Source of the DNA: Chitinophagales bacterium
GTDB lineage: Bacteria; Bacteroidota; Bacteroidia; Chitinophagales; LD1
NCBI GenBank assembly: GCA_046329495.1
Contig: JAXLUO010000007.1
Coordinates: forward strand, 61,749 to 125,748
Length of the DNA stretch: 64,000 nucleotides
Direction of reading: 5' to 3'
Shown here: positions 20,132-28,785 of the stretch, piece by piece
How the letters are laid out: every line of letters begins with the position of its first letter
How positions within the stretch are numbered: the first letter of the stretch is position 1
The notes under the pieces: generated by a model
The model's database searches: none
Seen by the model: the letters and a program-made list of their open reading frames with translations, nothing else
Told to the model about the DNA's origin: nothing
Program-made: the position numbers and the translations under genes

Positions 20132-20758
20132 ATGAGTATCTATAACTACACCCTGCTGTGCCTGGGCGATTCATATACCATCGGCGAATCGGTAGAAGAG
20201 AAGGAACGCTTCCCCGAACAGGCGGTGGCTATGTTGCAGGCCAAAGGACTAAGCTTTGCCAAACCCGAAATTATTGCCAAAACCGGTTGGACTACCGATG
20301 AACTGCAAGCTGCTATAAAAGAAAAGAATCTGACAGGCACGTACGATTTTGTAACCCTGTTGATTGGCGTAAACAACCAATACCGCGGCCGCGACCTGCA
20401 GAACTATCGCACCGAATTTGCTGCTTTGTTACAAACAGCCTTGCAATACGCCAACGGACGAACAGAACGTGTAGTGGTAATATCTATACCCGATTGGGGT
20501 GTAACACCTTTTGTTAGTAAGGATGCCAAACAGCGCAGTGCAGGAACTATAGCACATGAGATTGATGCCTTTAATGCCGTTAACCACGGCGAAGCCAACA
20601 AAGCCGGTGTACACTATTTAGAGATAACCTACCATTCCCGCCTCGCTGCCACCGACTCTACTCTCATTGCAAACGATGGTTTGCACCCCTCGGGTAAAAT
20701 GTATGCCAATTGGGCCTTTAAACTGGCCGAGTATATAGCAGGCACCTTACAGCCATAG
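20132..20758 (+). CDS. SGNH/GDSL hydrolase
   Basis: Block I LLCLGDSYTIGE, block III LLIGVNNQY and block V DGLHPS. I prefer the ATG at 20132 over the track start at 20087. Confidence 0.85.
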   Translation: MSIYNYTLLCLGDSYTIGESVEEKERFPEQAVAMLQAKGLSFAKPEIIAKTGWTTDELQAAIKEKNLTGTYDFVTLLIGVNNQYRGRDLQNYRTEFAALLQTALQYANGRTERVVVISIPDWGVTPFVSKDAKQRSAGTIAHEIDAFNAVNHGEANKAGVHYLEITYHSRLAATDSTLIANDGLHPSGKMYANWAFKLAEYIAGTLQP

Positions 20759-20765
20759 GAATATA

Positions 20766-21098
20766 CTGTCGCGCGTTTGCAACGCGAATCCTCCTTTTAA
20801 ATAAATGACTATCCAATTGCATTCAGCCCTCGCTAATCTTGTCTGCTTTCTGATCTCTGATTTCTATTTTCTCTTTTTTAATCATAACCATCCGTGTTAA
20901 TCAGCGTTCTATGCTGTCCTTACCTGTCGCGCGTTTGCAACGCGTGACGACTAAGCTCCGCGTTTGCAACGCGAATCCTCCTTCTAAGTAAATGACTATC
21001 CAATTGAATTCAGTCCTCGCTAATCTTGTCTGCTTTCTGATCTTTGTTCTCTGCTATCTCTTTTTAATCATAACCATCCGTGTTAATCAGCGTTCTAT
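20766..21098 (+). repeat. Tandem duplication (about 158 + 175 bp) of a composite intergenic unit
   Basis: Each unit contains CTGTCGCGCGTTTGCAACGCG (hairpin), AATCCTCCTT..AAATGACTATCCAATTG, CTCGCTAATCTTGTCTGCTTTCTGATCT and AATCATAACCATCCGTGTTAATCAGCGTTCTAT. The second unit carries an extra CGCGTTTGCAACGCG hairpin. Confidence 0.9.
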
Positions 21099-21765
21099 AA
21101 AAGAAAAGGGCCCTGCTTTCGCAACGCCCTTCTATAGCCATTTGCCTAACTAAAACCGCTTTGCAACCTGCCGGTCCCCCCGGATGACAGGTTAAGCAAA
21201 GCACCGGAAAAAGTAAAACCTCTCCCGGGCTGCAAACATGCTCTCCTGTATCGAATGGCACTGATTCCACTTCACCAATGGTCCCTTTCAGTTTATAAAT
21301 GGTAAAAATTGCCGGAGGCCTTATAGCTGTGCTTTTCTTTTTCTGCCTTCCGCTTTAAGCTTAACCATTAAGGTAACAGCCGTAGTTATTAGACGGATTT
21401 ATATACTATCAAATTTAATTTGTAACCCGTAGTGTAACCCATGCCCAAAAATAGCTATTGAAAATCAATTAGTTACAATGGGTATCACGCAACTTTGTAA
21501 CCCCACCCATTTGTTAAAGATATTTTGCTACCCATCCTTGTTTCGTCTTTAGTTTCCACCATAGTCCGCCGGTCATGTTCTATCTATCATGAGCTTTATT
21601 CCATGCTCCATCTACTATTTACTATGGTCTATTACCACCGCCTCCATTCAGGGTACTTCTTTTATATTTACCCATGCAATTGCCGTGTACATTAAGGTAC
21701 ACAACCACCGGCCGGAATTTTTAACCCCTTTTCCGCGCTTTGCCCTAAAAATTATTCAATTAGGG

Positions 21766-21796
21766 TTTGTAACTCTCCGCAAGAAGATTACTTTTG
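21766..21796 (+). promoter_or_regulatory. Candidate Bacteroidota sigma-A promoter for the ribosomal-protein block
   Basis: TTTG at 21766-21769, a 19-nt spacer, then TACTTTTG at 21789-21796, which matches TAnnTTTG. It lies about 65 nt upstream of the rpsC ATG, and two small hairpins follow in the leader. Confidence 0.45.
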
Positions 21797-21860
21797 CAGT
21801 CCCTTTTTAGGAAGGGATGGCTTTTTATGCCATTTTTTAAACGTTAAAAATTCAACCTGA

Positions 21861-22592
21861 ATGGGTCAAAAAACGAGTCCTGTAGCAAATCGCCTCGGTA
21901 TTGTAAGAGGCTGGGACAGCAACTGGTACGGCGGTAAAGATGCTGCTGCGAAACTGATCGAAGACGAAAAGATACGTCAGTACCTGAAGGCACGTATCAA
22001 CAAAGGTGGTATGTCGCGCATTGTAATCGAAAGAACAATGAAGCGTGTAACTGTTACCATCCATACTTCACGTCCGGGTATTATCATCGGCCGTGGCGGT
22101 AACGAGGTTGACCGTATTAAAGAAGAATTGAAGAAACTGACCGGTAAAGACGTTCAGATTAATATAGTAGAGATTCGCCGCCCCGAAATGGAGGCTGCAA
22201 TCGTAGGCGAAACTATTGCCAAGCAGTTAGAGGCGCGTATCAACTACCGCCGCGCTGTTAAAATGGCTATCGCTTCTGCCATGCGCATGGGTGCCGAAGG
22301 TATCAAGGTGCGTATCGGTGGCCGTATCGGTGGTGCCGATATCGCTCGTAGCGAAGAATACAAGCAAGGTCGTACCCCACTCCACACCTGGAGAGCGGAT
22401 ATCGACTACGCTATCACCGAAGCGCAAACCATCTACGGTAAACTGGGCATCAAAGTATGGATCTGCCGTGGAGAAGTTTACGGTAAGAAAGACTTAACCG
22501 GTGCTTTCGCAGGTGAAGAAAAACAAGAAACACGTCGTCCGAAAGGCCGCGTAGGTGGCGGTGCTCCTCGTGGTGGCGACAGAAAGAAATAA
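21861..22592 (+). CDS. rpsC: 30S ribosomal protein S3
   Basis: KH domain and the S3 C-terminal domain ([41 protein letters not shown]). Codon use is CGT/GGT-rich. The C-terminal tail is basic and Gly-rich. Confidence 0.95.
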   Translation: MGQKTSPVANRLGIVRGWDSNWYGGKDAAAKLIEDEKIRQYLKARINKGGMSRIVIERTMKRVTVTIHTSRPGIIIGRGGNEVDRIKEELKKLTGKDVQINIVEIRRPEMEAAIVGETIAKQLEARINYRRAVKMAIASAMRMGAEGIKVRIGGRIGGADIARSEEYKQGRTPLHTWRADIDYAITEAQTIYGKLGIKVWICRGEVYGKKDLTGAFAGEEKQETRRPKGRVGGGAPRGGDRKK

Positions 22593-22633
22593 GCATTAAG
22601 TAGATTATAGTATCAAGATAAACACAGGAAATC

Positions 22634-23056
22634 ATGTTATTACCTAAACGGACAAAATGGAGAAAGACCCAGAAGGGCAGAGTAGCAGAAGTTACCCAGC
22701 GTGGTCATGAAATCGCCTTTGGTACGTATGCACTCAAGTCGCTGGAGAGCGGTAAAATAAGCAACAAGCAAATTGAAGCTGCCCGTGTAGCCTTCACCCG
22801 TTTTATGAAGCGTGAAGGTAAAGTATGGATCCGCATATTCCCCGACAAGCCAATTACCCGCAAGCCTTTAGAGGTACGTATGGGTAAAGGTAAAGGTAAC
22901 CCCGAAGGTTGGGAAGCACCTATCCAGGCCGGTCGTATCCTGTTCGAAGTGGACGGTGTGCCTCGCACTATTGCCTTAGAAGCAATGACCCTGGCTGCCC
23001 ACAAACTGTCGGTAAAAACAAAATTCATCACCCGCCGCGATGCTGTTGAAGCATAG
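22634..23056 (+). CDS. rplP: 50S ribosomal protein L16
   Basis: [11 protein letters not shown]...[28 protein letters not shown]. Confidence 0.95.
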   Translation: MLLPKRTKWRKTQKGRVAEVTQRGHEIAFGTYALKSLESGKISNKQIEAARVAFTRFMKREGKVWIRIFPDKPITRKPLEVRMGKGKGNPEGWEAPIQAGRILFEVDGVPRTIALEAMTLAAHKLSVKTKFITRRDAVEA

Positions 23057-23106
23057 TTGTAACCGGGATAAGAACTGAATACCTAAACGAATAAAATCAC
23101 CAAATC

Positions 23107-23325
23107 ATGGGTGTAAATAAAAAACTGAATCACGAAGATATCCGCCAGTATGTGGCTGATGATCTGTTGGCTACTATTAAGAGCGAAAAAGCTGAACTGA
23201 AGAAACTGAAGTTCCAGCACAGCGTATCTACCGTAGAAAATTCTGCCGGTATTACTGCCAAAAGAAGGAATATTGCCCGCCTGTTAACCGAGGCAAACCG
23301 TCGTAAAAAAGAAAACAAAGCATAA
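23107..23325 (+). CDS. rpmC: 50S ribosomal protein L29
   Basis: Call rests on position between rplP and rpsQ, the 72-aa length and a helical pattern (ELKKLKFQHS...IARLLTE). Confidence 0.8.
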   Translation: MGVNKKLNHEDIRQYVADDLLATIKSEKAELKKLKFQHSVSTVENSAGITAKRRNIARLLTEANRRKKENKA

Positions 23326-23366
23326 GCTAACGGCTGCTGCTTAATAAAGATCAATTAATAAGAGTC

Positions 23367-23621
23367 ATGGAAAGAAAGCTCAGAAAGGAAAGAACAGGGT
23401 TGGTTACCAGCGATAAAATGGATAAAACCATCACCGTTAAAATCGAAAGAAAGGTGAAGCACCCTATTTACGGTAAGTTCGTAAAGCAAACCAAAAGCTT
23501 TAAGGCGCACGACGAGAAGAATGAAGCAAAATCGGGCGATACCGTAAAAATTGCTGAAACCCGTCCGTTGAGCAAAACCAAGCGTTGGAGACTGGTTGAA
23601 ATTATTGAAAGAGCCAAGTAA
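23367..23621 (+). CDS. rpsQ: 30S ribosomal protein S17
   Basis: [34 protein letters not shown]...[18 protein letters not shown]. Confidence 0.95.
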   Translation: MERKLRKERTGLVTSDKMDKTITVKIERKVKHPIYGKFVKQTKSFKAHDEKNEAKSGDTVKIAETRPLSKTKRWRLVEIIERAK

Positions 23622-23689
23622 TTTTAGAAGTGTGATTGGTGACTGGGGCTGTTCCCCGGTAGGATATCTAAAAGCAAAATTTAAAAGAG

Positions 23690-24058
23690 ATGTTACAGCA
23701 GGAATCAAGAGCAAACGTAGCCGATAACTCAGGTGCGAAAGAAGTACTGGTTATTCGTGTACTGGGCGGTTCAAAAAGACGTTATGCCCGCATCGGCGAT
23801 AAAGTGATTGTTACCGTTAAAAAAGCATTACCTACCGGTGGTGTTAAAAAAGGTGCAGTTTCAACAGCCGTAGTAGTGCGCACTACCCGTTCGGTTCGCC
23901 GTAAGGATGGCTCTTACATCCGTTTCGACGACAACGCCGTTGTGTTGCTCAATGCCCAGGACGAACCACGTGGTACCCGTATCTTCGGACCGGTTGCCCG
24001 CGAACTGCGCGATAAGCAATTTATGAAAATTGTTTCCCTGGCCCCTGAGGTGCTGTAA
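23690..24058 (+). CDS. rplN: 50S ribosomal protein L14
   Basis: [18 protein letters not shown]...[10 protein letters not shown]...[13 protein letters not shown]. Confidence 0.95.
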   Translation: MLQQESRANVADNSGAKEVLVIRVLGGSKRRYARIGDKVIVTVKKALPTGGVKKGAVSTAVVVRTTRSVRRKDGSYIRFDDNAVVLLNAQDEPRGTRIFGPVARELRDKQFMKIVSLAPEVL

Positions 24059-24088
24059 TTTTATCAAAAGCAAAACATTAGTTAGGTT

Positions 24089-24397
24089 ATGAAATTCCAT
24101 ATCAAAAAGAACGACGACGTAATCATCCTGAGTGGCGATGACAAAGGCAAAAAAGGCCGCGTGATTGACGTTGACTATAAGCACAGCCGCGTATTTGTGG
24201 ACGGTGTTAACTTAAACAGCAAGCACAGCAAGCCAAGCCCTAAGAATCCTCAAGGTGGTATCGTTAAAACTCCCGGTGGAATTCATATTTCTAACGTGGC
24301 TCTGTTAAGCGATGGCAAGGCTACCCGCGTAGGTCGTAAAGAAGAAAAAGGTAAGACCGTACGTTTCTCTAAGAAAACCGGCAAGAACCTGGACTAA
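24089..24397 (+). CDS. rplX: 50S ribosomal protein L24
   Basis: KOW motif (IKKNDDVIILSGDDKGKKGRV) and NPQGGIVKTPGGIHISNV. Confidence 0.95.
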   Translation: MKFHIKKNDDVIILSGDDKGKKGRVIDVDYKHSRVFVDGVNLNSKHSKPSPKNPQGGIVKTPGGIHISNVALLSDGKATRVGRKEEKGKTVRFSKKTGKNLD

Positions 24398-24425
24398 TCT
24401 CCCGGATCTATCCACTATATTTTAA

Positions 24426-24453
24426 AAGCCCTGCATTTGCGGGGCTTTTTTAT
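24426..24453 (+). terminator. Rho-independent terminator directly after rplX
   Basis: AGCCCTGC-attt-GCGGGGCT stem followed by TTTTTTATT. Confidence 0.8.
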
Positions 24454-24482
24454 TGGTACCTCTAAATACAATTACTCCTGCA

Positions 24483-25973
24483 TTAAAACTGGAAGTAGAT
24501 GAACGGCTGAATGTCGGAGCTTTTAACCTGCATTACCACTACAATAACCGCTACTAACACGGCCACCTTAGCAGCTAACGGAATATCCGAAACCCATTGT
24601 TGCGATTTGATTTCGAAACTGCGCGGAATGAAGTGCAGCAAGTACCCCAGCAACATTACCAATAACACATTGCGGTAACCGGCAACAAAGTTAAAGAAGA
24701 TGCCCGGTGTAAAATGGCCGGCTATCTGCGATATTACCTCCCACGATTTACTCATGTCCTCGGCACGGAAGAAGATCCAGCAGAAGCACACAAAGTGGAA
24801 GGTAAGCAGCACACCACCAATCTTTACCCATTTGGTATCGGGTATTTTTACAATGCTCTTTACATATTTATCAATACCTAAGGCTACACCGTGCAAGGCT
24901 CCCCAAAGTATAAAGCGGAAAGCCGCCCAATAAGATAGCCCACCTATTACGTGCCATAAGCCGCCTAACAACATGGTAAGAAACTGGTTAAGGTACGTGC
25001 GGAACTGCCCCTTGCGGTTACCGCCTAAGCTGATGTAGAGGTAATCGCGTAGCCAGGTGCTAAGCGATATATGCCAGCGCCGCCAGAACTCCGTAATACT
25101 ACTCGATTGGTAAGGCGAATCGAAGTTGATGTTAAAGTGGAAACCCATTAGCAAAGCAATGCCTATCGCCATATCGCTGTAACCGCTAAAGTCGCAGTAT
25201 ATCTGCATGGCATAGCCGTAAACGCCAAACAGGTTTTCCAGTCCGGTGTATAGCGTAGGGTTCTCAAAAATGCGGTCAACAAAATTGCTGCTGATGTAAT
25301 CCGATATCACTGCCTTTTTAAACAAGCCCGACGCAATCAGAAATACAGCCCTGCCTAAATCTTCCTTCGAAACAAAGGTTGGCTTATAGATCTGCGGAAT
25401 GAAATCTTTGGCGCGTACAATAGGACCTGCCACCAACTGCGGGAAGAAGGATACGAAGAAGGCATAGTCCAGGATGTTATCAATAGGCTTTATCTCCTTG
25501 CGGTAAATATCAATGGTATAACTAAGCGATTGGAAGGTGAAGAACGATACACCCACCGGTATAAAGATGTGGAAGGGGTTAAAGGGCTGTGCGGCTAAAT
25601 CGCACCACATGCTGTAGAAGAAATTGGTGTATTTAAAGAAACCCAATAAACCCAGGTTCAGCACTAAGCTTAACACTAACCAGGCCTTCTTTCGTGCCTC
25701 ACTTTCCGATTTATAAATAAGATTGGCGAGCGTATAATCTACTACGGTGGAGATAAGCAGCAATACAAAATAGCCGCCGCTGCTTTTATAATAAAAGAAG
25801 AGCGAGAACAGCGTTACATAGGTTAGCTTGGCTCTGAAAGATTTATGCAGCAGGTAGTAAATGCTGATAAACGCCATAAACACGAACAGGAAAAGACCCG
25901 AGCTGAAGATCATCGGCTCCCTTTCGTGATATACGAACTGTTCCAGCAGTTTACTTAGATCGGGTTGAAGCAT
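24483..25973 (-). CDS. MBOAT-family membrane O-acyltransferase (AlgI/DltB/PatA-like)
   Basis: Multi-TM protein with MBOAT signatures (FWRRWHISLSTWLRDYLYISLGGNR, GLWHV). I prefer the ATG at 25973 (MLQPDLSK...) because the track start at 26054 runs deep into the upstream gene. Confidence 0.9.
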   Translation of the reverse strand: MLQPDLSKLLEQFVYHEREPMIFSSGLFLFVFMAFISIYYLLHKSFRAKLTYVTLFSLFFYYKSSGGYFVLLLISTVVDYTLANLIYKSESEARKKAWLVLSLVLNLGLLGFFKYTNFFYSMWCDLAAQPFNPFHIFIPVGVSFFTFQSLSYTIDIYRKEIKPIDNILDYAFFVSFFPQLVAGPIVRAKDFIPQIYKPTFVSKEDLGRAVFLIASGLFKKAVISDYISSNFVDRIFENPTLYTGLENLFGVYGYAMQIYCDFSGYSDMAIGIALLMGFHFNINFDSPYQSSSITEFWRRWHISLSTWLRDYLYISLGGNRKGQFRTYLNQFLTMLLGGLWHVIGGLSYWAAFRFILWGALHGVALGIDKYVKSIVKIPDTKWVKIGGVLLTFHFVCFCWIFFRAEDMSKSWEVISQIAGHFTPGIFFNFVAGYRNVLLVMLLGYLLHFIPRSFEIKSQQWVSDIPLAAKVAVLVAVIVVVMQVKSSDIQPFIYFQF

Positions 25974-27234
25974 ACTGATTATAAGCTTGAATAAATGCGT
26001 TGTATAACAAATTACCCTGGTACTGGTAGCCGGCACGTGTAAAGTGCACACCATCGCGCTGCATTAATCCATATTTCTTCCAACTGTAACAACTCTTGTA
26101 ACCACCACCTATCGAGTACAAATCCCAAACAGCCAGGTTGTTTTCTTTAGCATAGTTTACAATCACTGTGTGCATGGTGCCCACCGATGTATTATAATAT
26201 TTACGTCGGTAATACGAATCGGGCGGCGTGGTGAGCAGGAACACAGCGTTCGGGTTATAGAGCTTTATAGCCTTTACCAATGAATCAAGCCTTGCCTTCG
26301 TTATGTTGGCATCCAGCGGACGGCGTTGTGCTTCATTGGTTCCTAACGAAATAATTACCAGATCGGGGTTTACAACGGCCGTTTGTTCTGCAAAATACCT
26401 GGCCCGCACGTAATGATACGCCTCCGCACCATTGGCACCAACCGTATTATAAACAACACCCGAACTGTCGTTCTCTAAACTTAAACCAAAGATAGTTGCC
26501 TGGTTCTGGCTTTCGCTGCTGCGCTCGGCTTTGATAATTATATCGCTGGTAAGCGATGGCAGGGTAGTAGAAGAGATGTTAGGGAAGCTTTCCAGAGAAG
26601 TGCTGCTTAGGATACCTAATTGATTGCCCGTAGTATCCGTAATTCGGAAATCAAAGGAAGTAGAGTCCTTAAGGTAGAACAGTGTTACTTTATTAAACGA
26701 GTAGTTCAAAGGCGGATAATCGAAGGCGCTCAGGTGAAAGTAGATACCCGGGGTATCGGTTTGTATGGTTACACCGCCTATACCAATAGGCATAGGGTTG
26801 TTTACAAAAATGCAGCGCTTGCTGTTGCAGGCCACGTTGCTGGTTATTTTATAATTAAAGGGCTCGTTACTTCCTGCTACGCGTAAAGGCACTACCACAC
26901 CACGGCCGCCGTTGCCAAAGTCCTTCTGCATATTGGTGCGCATGGTCGAACTCAAAAAATCGGCCTGTATGTGCGAATCGCCGATATGCAATACACGCAG
27001 GCGGCTGTTATTGGCCGTACGTTGCTGAAAAAGCTTTTCGAAAAATGAATTTAAACTGCCGGCATTTACCAATTCGTTACGTTCAGGGTGAATGAACGAA
27101 TACTTCTTTAAAGGTGCCGTTTTTACTTCTGCGCTTTGGGCGTACACACCTGTGGCTAAGCAGCAAAACGCAAACAGCATAAGCACTGCTTTGCAACAGG
27201 TAATTTTATTACAGGCTCTTTTTCTTCCGGTCAT
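25951..27234 (-). CDS. SGNH/GDSL-like hydrolase domain protein (putative O-acetyl transfer/esterase partner of the MBOAT)
   Basis: Signal peptide and an SGNH layout: LHIGDSHIQADF, ISLGTNEA, DGVHFTRAGY. An alternative start lies at 27180. Confidence 0.75.
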   Translation of the reverse strand: MTGRKRACNKITCCKAVLMLFAFCCLATGVYAQSAEVKTAPLKKYSFIHPERNELVNAGSLNSFFEKLFQQRTANNSRLRVLHIGDSHIQADFLSSTMRTNMQKDFGNGGRGVVVPLRVAGSNEPFNYKITSNVACNSKRCIFVNNPMPIGIGGVTIQTDTPGIYFHLSAFDYPPLNYSFNKVTLFYLKDSTSFDFRITDTTGNQLGILSSTSLESFPNISSTTLPSLTSDIIIKAERSSESQNQATIFGLSLENDSSGVVYNTVGANGAEAYHYVRARYFAEQTAVVNPDLVIISLGTNEAQRRPLDANITKARLDSLVKAIKLYNPNAVFLLTTPPDSYYRRKYYNTSVGTMHTVIVNYAKENNLAVWDLYSIGGGYKSCYSWKKYGLMQRDGVHFTRAGYQYQGNLLYNAFIQAYNQYASTRSK

Positions 27235-28528
27235 ACTTCTCCTTTTCGTATAGCAACGTTCCCATTAATATCTCAGCCACCTTCTTACCGCCATAGTAAG
27301 TAGGGTGGGTATAGTCAGTATTGGCAAGGCGTGGTTTCATGCCGGCCCAGCGTACCATGGTGCTGTCGCCGCCCATGGCTTCAAACATGTCCCAAAAGCA
27401 AACCTGGTTATCGGCCGCCATTTTGCGTTGCGAGGCAATCAGCTCCTTAATACCGGGCATGGTTTTAATCTCCCCGTCTACCTTGGCACCGCGGTCGCTG
27501 CAACCCACCATCAGTATGCTCGAGTGCGGAAAGGCTTTCTTCATCGTTTCCAGCACCTTGTTCATGCCGCGTATATACCAATCGTAGTTCTTAGCTTTTT
27601 CATTAGCCACGTTCAACCCATAATCTAATACCACCAGGTCGTAATGGTGTTGAGCTTCAAAAGCAGCATACATTTGTTCGCTAACAAACCCCAAACCCAT
27701 GCCCGAGTTGCCGCGTACTGAGAAATTATCGACTGTGATACCGCTTGTACTTTCAAACGACATACCGTACAGATCCGCATCGCCCTGCACGCTCAGTTTC
27801 AAGGATTGAAGGTTATCGCCCAACTTAATTTTTCGCAGGCCTTCCGAAGCCGGTAAGTCTACCGTCTGTGTTTCGTTTAATTGTATAGTTGCACCGGTAG
27901 CGCTGCTGTAATACAAAATGGCGGTAGGAAAGGAGTTCAGCCTGGCGCGTTTAACGGCGCTATAGGTAACACGGTTGCCGGCTTGCGGCACAAACACATG
28001 CCCGGCAGGGCCTATAGGGTGTTGCGGGCTGCGTTCGCCTATAATGCTGTAATCGGTAAAGCCTTCATAGGTATGGTTTATAGTTTGGCGGAACCCTGCC
28101 ACCTCGCTGGTAATTGGCACAAAGCCAACTCCGCTGCCGCCAAACACGGCTTGCATGGTATCGCGCAAAGGATCCAGCATAATGTCACCTTCCACATACG
28201 AATCGGCAAAATAAGCTATGCGAACAGAACGGAACTTTGCTGAGTCAAGCGCAGCCAAAAAGATGCGCATGCCGCTGGTGTCCTTCGTATAATCCTCTAC
28301 GCAGGTAACGCCTGTTTTACAGGTATCGGCAAATACCGGTTTAACCAATAGCGATTTATCAATAGCCGTGGTATCGCTTTTATCCTGCTTCATTATATCG
28401 GCCAGGATGTTGATGCGTTTAAAGTGGAAACCGCCGAGATCGAACTCCGGAATGGCATACAACACCAGCAGGCTTGTAATAACAAGCGCTGTGCCCAGCA
28501 CGGAATATTTCAGATAATTAACTGGCAT
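27209..28528 (-). CDS. Membrane-anchored SGNH-like protein (second MBOAT partner)
   Basis: N-terminal TM anchor and degenerate SGNH blocks (AYFADSYVEGD, LDYGLNVA, DYTHPTYYG). The start is taken at MPVNYLKY. Confidence 0.65.
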   Translation of the reverse strand: MPVNYLKYSVLGTALVITSLLVLYAIPEFDLGGFHFKRINILADIMKQDKSDTTAIDKSLLVKPVFADTCKTGVTCVEDYTKDTSGMRIFLAALDSAKFRSVRIAYFADSYVEGDIMLDPLRDTMQAVFGGSGVGFVPITSEVAGFRQTINHTYEGFTDYSIIGERSPQHPIGPAGHVFVPQAGNRVTYSAVKRARLNSFPTAILYYSSATGATIQLNETQTVDLPASEGLRKIKLGDNLQSLKLSVQGDADLYGMSFESTSGITVDNFSVRGNSGMGLGFVSEQMYAAFEAQHHYDLVVLDYGLNVANEKAKNYDWYIRGMNKVLETMKKAFPHSSILMVGCSDRGAKVDGEIKTMPGIKELIASQRKMAADNQVCFWDMFEAMGGDSTMVRWAGMKPRLANTDYTHPTYYGGKKVAEILMGTLLYEKEKYDRKKKSL

Positions 28529-28785
28529 AGGGTAAAGGGGCGGAACAAGGCAGGTAACGGAATGCAATAAAACTACCGCTCAAAATGCCTTCTCCTGCCT
28601 TCGTTGGGCACGAATGTAAAAGAAAGGCCCCGAGCGATACAATTAAACGATACCCCGTTTTCAATTATTGCAAACCTGTTGTGGAAAATTTTGAAGCACT
28701 TACAGGACAGTGCTTCCGCGCTTTTTTACCTCCTGTTTAACGTTTGCCTTTGCCCCTAATTAAAAAGTACGTTTATCTTCGTTAC

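Noticed and set aside
21140-21210. SRP (4.5S) RNA or another known housekeeping RNA on the minus strand
   Set aside because: The long hairpin lacks the conserved SRP domain IV sequence (GGAAGCAGC-type symmetric loop and GNRA-type tetraloop). I could not match it to tmRNA, RNase P or 6S features either.
21589-21810. 73-aa ORF directly upstream of rpsC as a candidate rplV (L22)
   Set aside because: The sequence (MSFIPCSIYYLLWSITTASIQ...) has no resemblance to L22, is hydrophobic and low-complexity, and overlaps the predicted promoter.
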